NCBI GenBank assembly: GCA_036567645.1
Contig: DATCUA010000306.1
Location: 1-30,489 of the forward strand
DNA from: Rectinemataceae bacterium
Lineage (GTDB): Bacteria > Spirochaetota > Spirochaetia > Treponematales > Rectinemataceae
Direction of reading: 5' to 3'
DNA length: 30,489 nucleotides
Shown here: positions 1 to 7,488 of the stretch, in pieces
How the letters are laid out: each line of letters starts with the position of its first letter
How positions within the stretch are numbered: the stretch's first letter is position 1
The notes under the pieces: model-generated
Databases searched by the model: none
Told to the model about the DNA's origin: nothing
Seen by the model: the letters and a program-made list of their open reading frames with translations, nothing else
Position numbers and translations under genes: made by a program

Positions 1-1
1 A

Positions 2-793
2 TCCAGGCGAGCGGCCGAAGACTTCGCCCGCCTCTACGCTATCGTCGCCCGGCTCCGGGCTCCCGACGGCTGCCCATGGGATAGGGATCAGAGCCCCTCG
101 AGCATCAGGAACAACATAATCGAGGAAGCCTACGAGCTCGTCGAGGCGATAACCGAGAAGGATACGGAACACGTACGGGAGGAAGCCGGCGACCTTTTCA
201 TGCTGGCTACGATGACAGCCTACATGTACGAGGAAGAATCGGCCTTTTCCGTAGGAGACGCGCTCCGGGGAGTAGCGGAAAAGCTCTACAGGAGGCATCC
301 CCACGTGTTCGGGGAGCAGGAAGCCGGAAGCCCGGAAGCTGTCGTAGAACTCTGGAACAGGATAAAGGAGACGAAGGAAGGAAGGCGGAAGAAAGATTCC
401 ATCCTTGACGAAGTCCCTCGGCACCTGCCTCCCCTGGAGAAGGCTTACAAGCTCCAGAAGAAAGTGGCCAAGGCAGGATTCGACTGGAAGCGGAGAGAAG
501 ATGTCTGGGCCAAGGTCGAGGAGGAGTTCCGAGAGGCACGCCAAGCCCTGATGCGCGGCGATTCTTCGGAAGTCGAGGCCGAGATCGGCGACCTCATCTT
601 CTCAGTAGTCAATCTCGCCCGAGTCTACGGCGTGGATCCCGGTCTCGCCCTGGGTGGATGCAACGAAAAGTTCTCCCGTAGATTCAGGCACGTCGAGCGT
701 GGCATGCGGGAGAAGAGCCTCCCTCTCGCCGCCGAGCACATGGCGACCATGGACGAGCTCTGGAACGAGGCCAAGTTGAGGGAGGAAGGGTGA
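2..793 (+). CDS. mazG: Nucleoside triphosphate pyrophosphohydrolase MazG (5'-truncated by window edge)
   Basis: Frame is open from base 2 (SRRAAEDFARLYAIVARLRAPDGCPWDRDQ...IEEAYELVEAI...EEAGDL). LRxPxGCPWD, EEAYE, RRHPHVF and the second-domain EEFRE...EIGDL motifs match tandem-domain MazG. The ORF track shows only the part from 200. Confidence 0.92.
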   Translation, partial: SRRAAEDFARLYAIVARLRAPDGCPWDRDQSPSSIRNNIIEEAYELVEAITEKDTEHVREEAGDLFMLATMTAYMYEEESAFSVGDALRGVAEKLYRRHPHVFGEQEAGSPEAVVELWNRIKETKEGRRKKDSILDEVPRHLPPLEKAYKLQKKVAKAGFDWKRREDVWAKVEEEFREARQALMRGDSSEVEAEIGDLIFSVVNLARVYGVDPGLALGGCNEKFSRRFRHVERGMREKSLPLAAEHMATMDELWNEAKLREEG

Positions 794-2151
794 AAGACCT
801 GACAACGGGCGACGAAACGAGGGGTTTGATAGGATTCGCCCTGCCCATGCTCTTCGGCAATATTTTCCAGCAGTTCTACAACATGGTGGATTCCTTCGTC
901 GTGGGCAGGTTCGTGGGTACTGAAGCCTTGGCCGCCGTCGGCGTATCCTTTCCCGTGATCTTCCTCATGCTCTCGCTGATCATGGGCATCGCCTTGGGCT
1001 CCACTGTCCTCATCTCCCACAGCTACGGGGCCAAGGATCTGGACTCGCTTCGGAAGGTCATAGACACATCATACATCTTCATATTCGCAGCCGGCTCCCT
1101 GATCTCGATCGTCGGGATCCTGGCCACCGGCCCGATACTCTCTGCTCTCGCCGTGCCTCCGGAAATATCCCCGCAGGCAGGCGCCTACCTGCGGATCATC
1201 TTCTCCGGCATGCTGGCCACGTTCGGATACAACGGTATTTCAGCACTTCTCAGGGGTCTTGGGGATTCCAAGACACCTCTCTACATACTCATCAGCTCGA
1301 CCCTCCTCAATGTCGTCCTCGACCTCCTCTTCGTGGCGGGTTTCGGCTGGGGCGTGGAAGGAGCGGCCTGGGCTACCATTATCGCCCAGGCGATCTCCTT
1401 CGTCGGAGCCATGGTCGTTCTCAACAAGAAGAACCAATATCTCAAGTTCAGCCTGAAAACCCTGCGCTGGGACGCCCATATCTTCTCCCAGATGCTCAAG
1501 ATAGGCCTCCCCTCCGGCATCCAGCAGACCTTTGTATCTCTTGGCATGATGTTGCTCTCCAGGATAGTGAACGGCTACGGTCCAGCTACGATGGCAGCCT
1601 ATACCGCTGCGGGGAGGCTGGATTCCATAGCCTCCATGCCAGCCATGAACCTGAGCCAAGCCGTCACCACCTTCACGGGGCAGAACATGGGTGCCGGCAA
1701 GACCGACAGAGTGAAGCGGGGGCATCTTTCCGCCATCATCCTCAACACCTCCATATCCTTAGCTATAACCCTCGTCGTCCTCCTCTGGGGCGACAAGTTG
1801 ATGAGCATCTTCACCGAAGACGCCGAAGTGGTGCGTATCGGCGACCAATACCTGACCATCGTCGGCATCTTCTACGCCTTCTTCGGCATCATGTTCATCA
1901 ACAACGGGGTCATGCGCGGCGCGGGCGACGTCTTCATCCCCATGATCAATACGCTCCTGGCGCTCTGGGTGGTCAGGCTGCCCTGCGCAGTATTCTTCTC
2001 TAAATACCTGGGCATGGGCACGGCAGGGATATGGTGGTCCATACCCGCCGGCTGGGCGGTGGGGGTAGTGTTCTCCACCTGGTATTACAGAAGCGGGCGG
2101 TGGAAAAACAAGCGTGTTCTCAGACACCCCATCCCCGCGGCGGAAGACTGA
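790..2151 (+). CDS. MATE family efflux transporter
   Basis: 453 aa, about 12 hydrophobic segments; FQQFYNMVDSFVVGRFVG, LRGLGDSKTPL, NVVLDLLFV and G.EGAAWAT MATE motifs; GTG start overlaps the mazG stop (GTGA). Confidence 0.93.
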   Translation: MKDLTTGDETRGLIGFALPMLFGNIFQQFYNMVDSFVVGRFVGTEALAAVGVSFPVIFLMLSLIMGIALGSTVLISHSYGAKDLDSLRKVIDTSYIFIFAAGSLISIVGILATGPILSALAVPPEISPQAGAYLRIIFSGMLATFGYNGISALLRGLGDSKTPLYILISSTLLNVVLDLLFVAGFGWGVEGAAWATIIAQAISFVGAMVVLNKKNQYLKFSLKTLRWDAHIFSQMLKIGLPSGIQQTFVSLGMMLLSRIVNGYGPATMAAYTAAGRLDSIASMPAMNLSQAVTTFTGQNMGAGKTDRVKRGHLSAIILNTSISLAITLVVLLWGDKLMSIFTEDAEVVRIGDQYLTIVGIFYAFFGIMFINNGVMRGAGDVFIPMINTLLALWVVRLPCAVFFSKYLGMGTAGIWWSIPAGWAVGVVFSTWYYRSGRWKNKRVLRHPIPAAED

Positions 2152-2168
2152 AAAAGGCGCTCTCCCGA

Positions 2169-2197
2169 TTCCGCAGGAAGGCGCGCGCGGCTATACT
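2169..2197 (+). promoter_or_regulatory. Putative sigma70 promoter (leaderless layout) of the MFS-HEAT gene
   Basis: TTCCGC (2169-2174), 17-nt spacer, TATACT (2192-2197), 6 nt, then ATG at 2204; no SD. Confidence 0.55.
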
Positions 2198-2203
2198 CAT
2201 GCC

Positions 2204-4468
2204 ATGCCCGCCCCGCTTTCGCCCGCCAAGCTCGCCACGGCGCGCAAGGACTTCTATGTCTTCAACTTCCTCAACTCCTTTTCCTTCATATTCGTCTCGG
2301 GCTCCTTCCTCACCCTCTACGCGTTGAGGCTGGGAGCCTCCAATGCGATCGTGGGCGTCCTCAACGCCATAGCATACGCCAATTTCTTCCTCATGCCCCT
2401 CGGCAAGCACATCGTGCGCTCAAGGCCCATTGTCTGGACCTTCGGCTGGGGCTGGGTGGCGCGCTACGCCGCTCTCGTGCCCAGCATCTTCGCTCCCCTC
2501 TTCGCGTCCAGGGGCCAGACGGGAATCGCCCTCGGCCTCCTCGTGGCCAGCATAGCAGGATTCGCCATATTCAGGGGGCTCGCCCTCATAGGCAACAATC
2601 CCGTCGTCGACTATCTCGCTTCGGGAGGAGGAGACAAACCGAGGTCTGATCGCGGCCAGTTCATGACCAACAATTCCATCATAAATTCCATCGCCGGCAT
2701 GTCGAGCGGCTTTATCCTGGCCTTCTTCTTGGGGGAGAAGGCGACGCCCTGGACCTACGCCATAGGGGTTGGCATAGGCGTTCTCATAGGCTGGGCGGGA
2801 AGCTATTACCTCTTGAGGACGCCCGAACCGGAAGGCTACATGCCCTCGGGCTCCCGATCCCTCGTAGAGATAACGAGAGAAGCCTTGAAAGACCGGCATT
2901 TCAAACGCTTCATCCTCATTTTCATGGCCTTCGCCTTCATATCGGGCATGGGAAGGTCCTTCCTCCCCGTCTACGCCAAGGAAAGCTTTTCGCAGGGAGA
3001 CGACGCCGTCATGGTGTACTCCCTCATCTCAAGCCTGGGCGCCATAGCCATGGGTTTCCTCATGCGCCTGGTTGTGGACAGGCTGGGTTCCAAGCCCCTC
3101 CTCATCATCTTCGGAGGAATAGGGCTCATTGGCTTCTTACCGGTAGCAGTCTTTCCAGGCCCTTCGATTTTCGGTTCGGCTGCCTCGGCAGCCATCTTCT
3201 TGTCGACACTCCATTTCCTCTCGGCTTTCGGCTTTTCAGGGCAGGAGAACGCTTGCCAGACGTACTACTTCACCCTCGTGCCCAAGGAGAAGACCATGGA
3301 TCTCTCTGTGGTCTACTTCATCGCCTATGGTTTCGGAGGAGCCGTGGGCTCGGGCTTCGGAGGCATCCTTCTCGACATCCTCTCCTCGGCCGGCCTCTCT
3401 GTGCAAAGCGCCTACCGGGCGCTCTACGGCGTGCTCTGCGCCCTCGGAGGGATCGCCATCGCTTCCATGCGCAAGCTCAAGCCCCTGGGTTCGGCATCGG
3501 TATCGAGATCCCTCGGCGTCATGCTATCCGTGCGCGATCTGCGCGCCTTCGATCTCCTCACCCGGTTGGATCGGAGCGCTGACGCGAGCCAGGAAGTGAA
3601 GCTCATCCAGGAAATCGGCCGCTCGGCTTCGCCCCTGACCCAAGAAGAGCTCCTCGACTATCTCCGATCTCCGCGCTTCCAGGTGAGGATGGAAGCGCTC
3701 CTCGCCCTAGAGGAGTTGCCGGAACTCTCGCCCAAGGTCCTACGCTATCTCATCAGGGAAACCGAAACCCACACTTTCACAACCTCCTACCTGGCAGCCC
3801 GCATCCTGGGCAAGCACGGGACGAGCGAAGCCATACCTGCGCTGCGAAAGGCTCTGGAGGCCGAGGACTACATGCTCCAAGGAACGGCGGCCATAGCCCT
3901 GGCCAAGCTCGGCGATACCGAATCCCTGCCCCTTCTCGAGTCCATCCTGGTGCGTAGCCCCAACCCGCGCGTGAAAATTTCCATAGCCTACGCCTTGGAG
4001 ACTCTCGGGTCGGTCTCCTCCCTGCCAACCCTCGTAGCCAGCCTCAAGCGATCCGATCCTCCCGCCTTCGTGTCCGACGAGATAGTCCTAGCCATGGCGA
4101 GCATCATGGGAGTTCTGAAAGAGTTCTATCCCCTCTATTCGGCCTTCCTCCAAGACCAGGCCCAGGGATTGGCTCTCCTCTCCGCCTCGGCCCAGGACAT
4201 CATCGCTGATTCGCAGACCTTCCAAGACTGGAAGCAGGCTCTCGAGGCCCTCTTCGCCCATCAGGCAGAGCCGAAGCGAGGTTCGGCCATGGCGGCCTTC
4301 CTCCTCAGGACGGGAAGGAACACGCAGGTAGAGGTCGTATTGAGCGAAGCCCTCATCGATGCGAGCCTCTGCTACAGCGGAGTCGAATTTCTCGCCGCGG
4401 CCTACCCAATCCTGGGAAGGCAGGCTGAAGATACGGGGCCGGGAAGGATATCGGCTCTAGGGAAGTAG
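2204..4468 (+). CDS. MFS-type transporter fused to a C-terminal HEAT/PBS-lyase-like repeat domain
   Basis: N-terminal part has about 12 TM-like segments and an MFS-like loop (VDRLGSKP). The C-terminal part has tandem HEAT-like units (RMEALLALEEL; AARILGKHG..EAIPALRKAL; AAIALAKLGD..SLPLLESIL; IAYALETLG). Start placed at ATG 2204 rather than 2114, whose extension overlaps the MATE gene and the promoter. Confidence 0.8.
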   Translation: MPAPLSPAKLATARKDFYVFNFLNSFSFIFVSGSFLTLYALRLGASNAIVGVLNAIAYANFFLMPLGKHIVRSRPIVWTFGWGWVARYAALVPSIFAPLFASRGQTGIALGLLVASIAGFAIFRGLALIGNNPVVDYLASGGGDKPRSDRGQFMTNNSIINSIAGMSSGFILAFFLGEKATPWTYAIGVGIGVLIGWAGSYYLLRTPEPEGYMPSGSRSLVEITREALKDRHFKRFILIFMAFAFISGMGRSFLPVYAKESFSQGDDAVMVYSLISSLGAIAMGFLMRLVVDRLGSKPLLIIFGGIGLIGFLPVAVFPGPSIFGSAASAAIFLSTLHFLSAFGFSGQENACQTYYFTLVPKEKTMDLSVVYFIAYGFGGAVGSGFGGILLDILSSAGLSVQSAYRALYGVLCALGGIAIASMRKLKPLGSASVSRSLGVMLSVRDLRAFDLLTRLDRSADASQEVKLIQEIGRSASPLTQEELLDYLRSPRFQVRMEALLALEELPELSPKVLRYLIRETETHTFTTSYLAARILGKHGTSEAIPALRKALEAEDYMLQGTAAIALAKLGDTESLPLLESILVRSPNPRVKISIAYALETLGSVSSLPTLVASLKRSDPPAFVSDEIVLAMASIMGVLKEFYPLYSAFLQDQAQGLALLSASAQDIIADSQTFQDWKQALEALFAHQAEPKRGSAMAAFLLRTGRNTQVEVVLSEALIDASLCYSGVEFLAAAYPILGRQAEDTGPGRISALGK

Positions 4469-4747
4469 GATCTTCCGCTTTTCGGGATCGGGATTGCGCC
4501 GGTAGAAAATCGCCGTATGCCCAAGAATCCTCACCAGTTCAGATGATGTCTTTTCTGCCAGCGCCTCGGCGACTCCCATCTTCTCGTCCTTGAAATCGAC
4601 GAAGCGGAGCTTCACGAGCTCGTGGGTTTCGAGAAGGGATCCGAGCTGGGCAGCGAGAGCTTCGCTCGGACCGGCCTTTCCCAGGTGGAGGGTCACGGCG
4701 TCTTTGGCGCGGGAAGCGAGGGTGCTGCGTGTTGACGAATCGAGCAT
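4457..4747 (-). CDS. yhbY: YhbY-family (CRM domain) RNA-binding protein
   Basis: 96 aa; LHLGKAG, HELVKLRF and VRILGHTAIFYR match the CRM domain; SD AGGAGG upstream. Confidence 0.88.
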   Translation of the reverse strand: MLDSSTRSTLASRAKDAVTLHLGKAGPSEALAAQLGSLLETHELVKLRFVDFKDEKMGVAEALAEKTSSELVRILGHTAIFYRRNPDPEKRKILLP

Positions 4748-4762
4748 GAATTCCTCCTTGGA

Positions 4763-5356
4763 TCAGAAAGGGAGCCCTATGAGGAGCCTGCTCAGGAGCT
4801 TGACCGCGGTTCCCCCGATGGTGCGCGCCAGGATGAGGACAAGGAAGCCTGTTATCAGGCCCTGAAGGTAGTCTATGGCCTTGTTTTTATAGATAGCCGA
4901 GTTGATCCTACGGAGCACGGGATTGAGTATGGCGTCCAGAACCACCCAGATGGGATGGAGGCTATTCCATCGGGCCAAGTAAACCACTACACGCACGAGG
5001 GCGCAAGCCGAGAGGAAGGATAGAATGAATGCGAAAGCAGACCAAGCCGCGCCGAGGAGGAGGCTCAACAGGAAGCCCACCGAGATGCTACCGGTCAGGG
5101 CGAGCGTGGTGAACATGTTGTTGGCTACGGAGAGGATGGCCAAGGCCGCTATGGGGCTGAAGTCGAAACGTTCTGTCCTGAAGATCCTGAAGCGAGAGAA
5201 GAGATGCAGGTAAGGATCGGCCAGGGAGGCGAGTACGGCTCCGCCCTTGCCGATATCGAGTCCAGGCACCCAGGATGTGAGTACGCGAGCCGAGCAGATC
5301 AGCATGTACAATGAGCACAGGGCTCCGAGGATCCTGGCTAGGATTGCGAGTACCAT
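4763..5356 (-). CDS. YggT family membrane protein (two YGGT-like units)
   Basis: RVLTSWVP...LASLADPYLHLFSRF....FDFSPIAAL is the YGGT signature; second unit WNSLHPIWVVLDAILNPVLRRI. Start at ATG 5356, which has GGAGG upstream. Confidence 0.85.
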   Translation of the reverse strand: MVLAILARILGALCSLYMLICSARVLTSWVPGLDIGKGGAVLASLADPYLHLFSRFRIFRTERFDFSPIAALAILSVANNMFTTLALTGSISVGFLLSLLLGAAWSAFAFILSFLSACALVRVVVYLARWNSLHPIWVVLDAILNPVLRRINSAIYKNKAIDYLQGLITGFLVLILARTIGGTAVKLLSRLLIGLPF

Positions 5357-5390
5357 GCGAGTCGCCTCCAAAGAGCGGTATGCGACGAAT

Positions 5391-5419
5391 AGCATACCTT
5401 TTCAAGGCTTTTTCGGCAA
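5391..5419 (-). promoter_or_regulatory. Putative sigma70 promoter of yggT-yhbY
   Basis: Minus strand TTGCCG, 17-nt spacer, TATGCT. Confidence 0.6.
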
Positions 5420-5476
5420 CTCTCGCGCGGCATATCAAGCCTTAGGAAGCTGGCGCTCGCCCCTCGGGCCGAAACG

Positions 5477-5485
5477 TGTTAGACT
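5477..5485 (+). promoter_or_regulatory. Putative extended -10 promoter of the DUF72 gene
   Basis: TGtTAGACT, followed by SD GGGAGG and ATG 5504. Confidence 0.5.
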
Positions 5486-5503
5486 CTGGAAGGGAGGGCG
5501 GCT

Positions 5504-6301
5504 ATGGCAGGCCAATTCCTTGCGGGAACCTGCGGGTACTCCTATTCGGAATGGAGGGAGGTTTTCTACCCCAAAGATCTTCGCGCGCCCGATTACCTCA
5601 AGTACTATTCCCTCGTCTTCCCCTTCGTGGAGTTGGATTTTTCATGGTACAAGATGCCCAAACCCGAAACACTGGCCGCCATGGCCGACCAGACTCAACC
5701 CGGCTTCCTCTTCGCCCTCAAGGCGCACAAGAGCCTCACGCATGAGATAGGAGAGGATTGGGAGTTTCAGGCAGGCATGTTCGCAGATGCTGCCGAATCC
5801 CTCCTCGTCAGGGGAAAGCTGGCCGCCGTCCTCGTCCAGCTCCCCTATAGCTTCGCCTACACGGCGGAGAACAGAAGCTACCTTGCCAGCCTCCTCTCCT
5901 CCCTCTCGAGCTTCCCCCTCGTCGTCGAGTTCAGGAACGAGGCCTGGTATCAGGATCGGGTGTTCGCAGAGCTGGAGCGGAGGGATATAGCCCTGGCCCT
6001 TCTGGACAGGCCAGAGCTTCCCGGCCTTCCACCCGAAACAGATAGGCTCACGAACAGCCTGGCGTACCTGCGTTTCCACGGGAAGAACGCGGCTACGTGG
6101 TGGGGTGGGGATGCCGTCTCCCGCTACGACTACGATTACTCCACCGAAGAGCTCAAGTCGAGCGCGAGAAGGATCATCGGCTTGTCGCGTTCGGCTTCCA
6201 GGGTAATAGCCGCTTTCAACAACCACGCCAAGGCCAACGCCCCCAAGAACGCGAGAAGCCTCGTCGCCCTGGTGAAGGCACTGAGCCCCGACCCTGCCTA
6301 A
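5504..6301 (+). CDS. DUF72 family protein (YecE/YunF-like)
   Basis: GTCGYSYSEW..VFYP, YS..FPFVELDFSWY, LVQLPYSF, VEFRN..W, YLRFHG and YDYDYS.EEL are DUF72 motifs; SD present. Confidence 0.9.
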   Translation: MAGQFLAGTCGYSYSEWREVFYPKDLRAPDYLKYYSLVFPFVELDFSWYKMPKPETLAAMADQTQPGFLFALKAHKSLTHEIGEDWEFQAGMFADAAESLLVRGKLAAVLVQLPYSFAYTAENRSYLASLLSSLSSFPLVVEFRNEAWYQDRVFAELERRDIALALLDRPELPGLPPETDRLTNSLAYLRFHGKNAATWWGGDAVSRYDYDYSTEELKSSARRIIGLSRSASRVIAAFNNHAKANAPKNARSLVALVKALSPDPA

Positions 6302-6690
6302 TCTCGGGGCATGGCATCGGCGCGAGCTTCGAACTCATCGCGAGACAGCGCGCCCGGTTCGGGGATTTCGAGTACGCCCTCCCTTCCCAGGATCATGAGA
6401 ACGAGCTTGCGGATGAGATGAGAATTGGCTTGCACCATGTTCCAGAGGCAGTCTTTTTGACGTTGATCGTCAAGGGAGCGGATGATCACCTCGAGCCAGC
6501 CGCCCTCGTGGAGAACGGCTGAAACCCAGCCGGTGCGAGCCACGAATTCGGCCGTGTTGGAGGCCCCCGGGGCTATGGATGGATGGGAGGCTATCCAGGA
6601 GCTGTGGAAGCCGGGGATCTTGATTACCCTTCCGTCGGGGAGAACCCAGGCAGCTCCATGGGCGAGTGCGTAGGGAGAGGATATCGACAT
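6298..6690 (-). CDS. Hypothetical protein (130 aa)
   Basis: SD GGAGG upstream; ATG is 2 nt after the rluA-type stop; protein-like composition; fills the gap between flanking genes. Family not recognised. Confidence 0.7.
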   Translation of the reverse strand: MSISSPYALAHGAAWVLPDGRVIKIPGFHSSWIASHPSIAPGASNTAEFVARTGWVSAVLHEGGWLEVIIRSLDDQRQKDCLWNMVQANSHLIRKLVLMILGREGVLEIPEPGALSRDEFEARADAMPRD

Positions 6691-6691
6691 A

Positions 6692-7375
6692 TCAGTAGTC
6701 CTCCGGATTCGGGGCGTCAGGGAAACGGGAAAAGAAATCCTTGAAATGATCTGGAAGGGGAGAAACCGCCGAGAGGAATCCCGGCACCTCTAGCTTTTTC
6801 GCCCAGAGGAGGATGTGCCTGAGGGTGTATTCCTTCTTGAGGCTCCGGTTGAGGCGGAAGTCACCGTACTTGTCGTCCCCGAGGATGGGATGGCCGTGGA
6901 TGGAGCAATGCCTCCGGATCTGGTGCATCCGTCCGGTCCTGAGCCGGAAACAGAGGAGGGAAAAGCCTTCTGCCCAAGGAAGCTCGAGACGAGAGCGCCC
7001 GATACGGGCGCTTCCAAACTGGGCGAGGAGCCTGTACTCGGTCAGCGCCTCTTCGTCCCCGTTCCGGCCGAGAGGTTCGTCGTAGACGCCACCTGCCTTC
7101 CGGGGAGAGCCGGAGCAGATAGCGTAGTAGGTTTTCCCCGCCCGGGGATCCTGGAGGAGGGCGGAGAAGCGGGAAGCTGCCGCGGAGCTCTTGGCCAGGA
7201 GCATGCAGCCGCAGGTCTCCTTGTCCAGCCTATGGACGAGAAATGGGCGTATGCCCAGCTCCTTTTCCGTCACGGAAACGACGGAAGAAGTAACCCCCGC
7301 CCCTGGCTGGGCGGGAAGGCCCGCCGGTTTATCGATGACGAGGATTTCATCGTCTTCGTAGAGGATTTTGAGCAT
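6692..7375 (-). CDS. RluA family RNA pseudouridine synthase (no S4 domain)
   Basis: ILYEDDEILVIDKPAGL, catalytic HRLDKETCG, TGRMHQIRRH, ILGDDKYG. Start at ATG 7375; the ORF-track extension to 7489 runs through an AT-rich promoter region. Confidence 0.92.
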   Translation of the reverse strand: MLKILYEDDEILVIDKPAGLPAQPGAGVTSSVVSVTEKELGIRPFLVHRLDKETCGCMLLAKSSAAASRFSALLQDPRAGKTYYAICSGSPRKAGGVYDEPLGRNGDEEALTEYRLLAQFGSARIGRSRLELPWAEGFSLLCFRLRTGRMHQIRRHCSIHGHPILGDDKYGDFRLNRSLKKEYTLRHILLWAKKLEVPGFLSAVSPLPDHFKDFFSRFPDAPNPEDY

Positions 7376-7383
7376 GCAAAACC

Positions 7384-7412
7384 AGACTACTCGATGGGAA
7401 ATGGCGGCGCAA
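7384..7412 (-). promoter_or_regulatory. Putative sigma70 promoter (near-leaderless) of the rluA-type gene
   Basis: Minus strand TTGCGC, 17-nt spacer, TAGTCT, 8 nt, then ATG 7375; no SD. Confidence 0.55.
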
Positions 7413-7426
7413 GAGCTCGACGAGCC

Positions 7427-7456
7427 TGGAATATAATTCCATATTTCGTATATAAT
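7427..7456 (+). promoter_or_regulatory. AT-rich promoter/operator region of the CPA2-EIIA gene
   Basis: Perfect inverted repeat TGGAAT-ATA-ATTCCA (7427-7441); TATAAT at 7432-7437 and 7451-7456; SD GGAGG at 7479-7483. Confidence 0.5.
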
Positions 7457-7488
7457 GATATTTGCTTGAATAATATGCGGAGGCTTCA

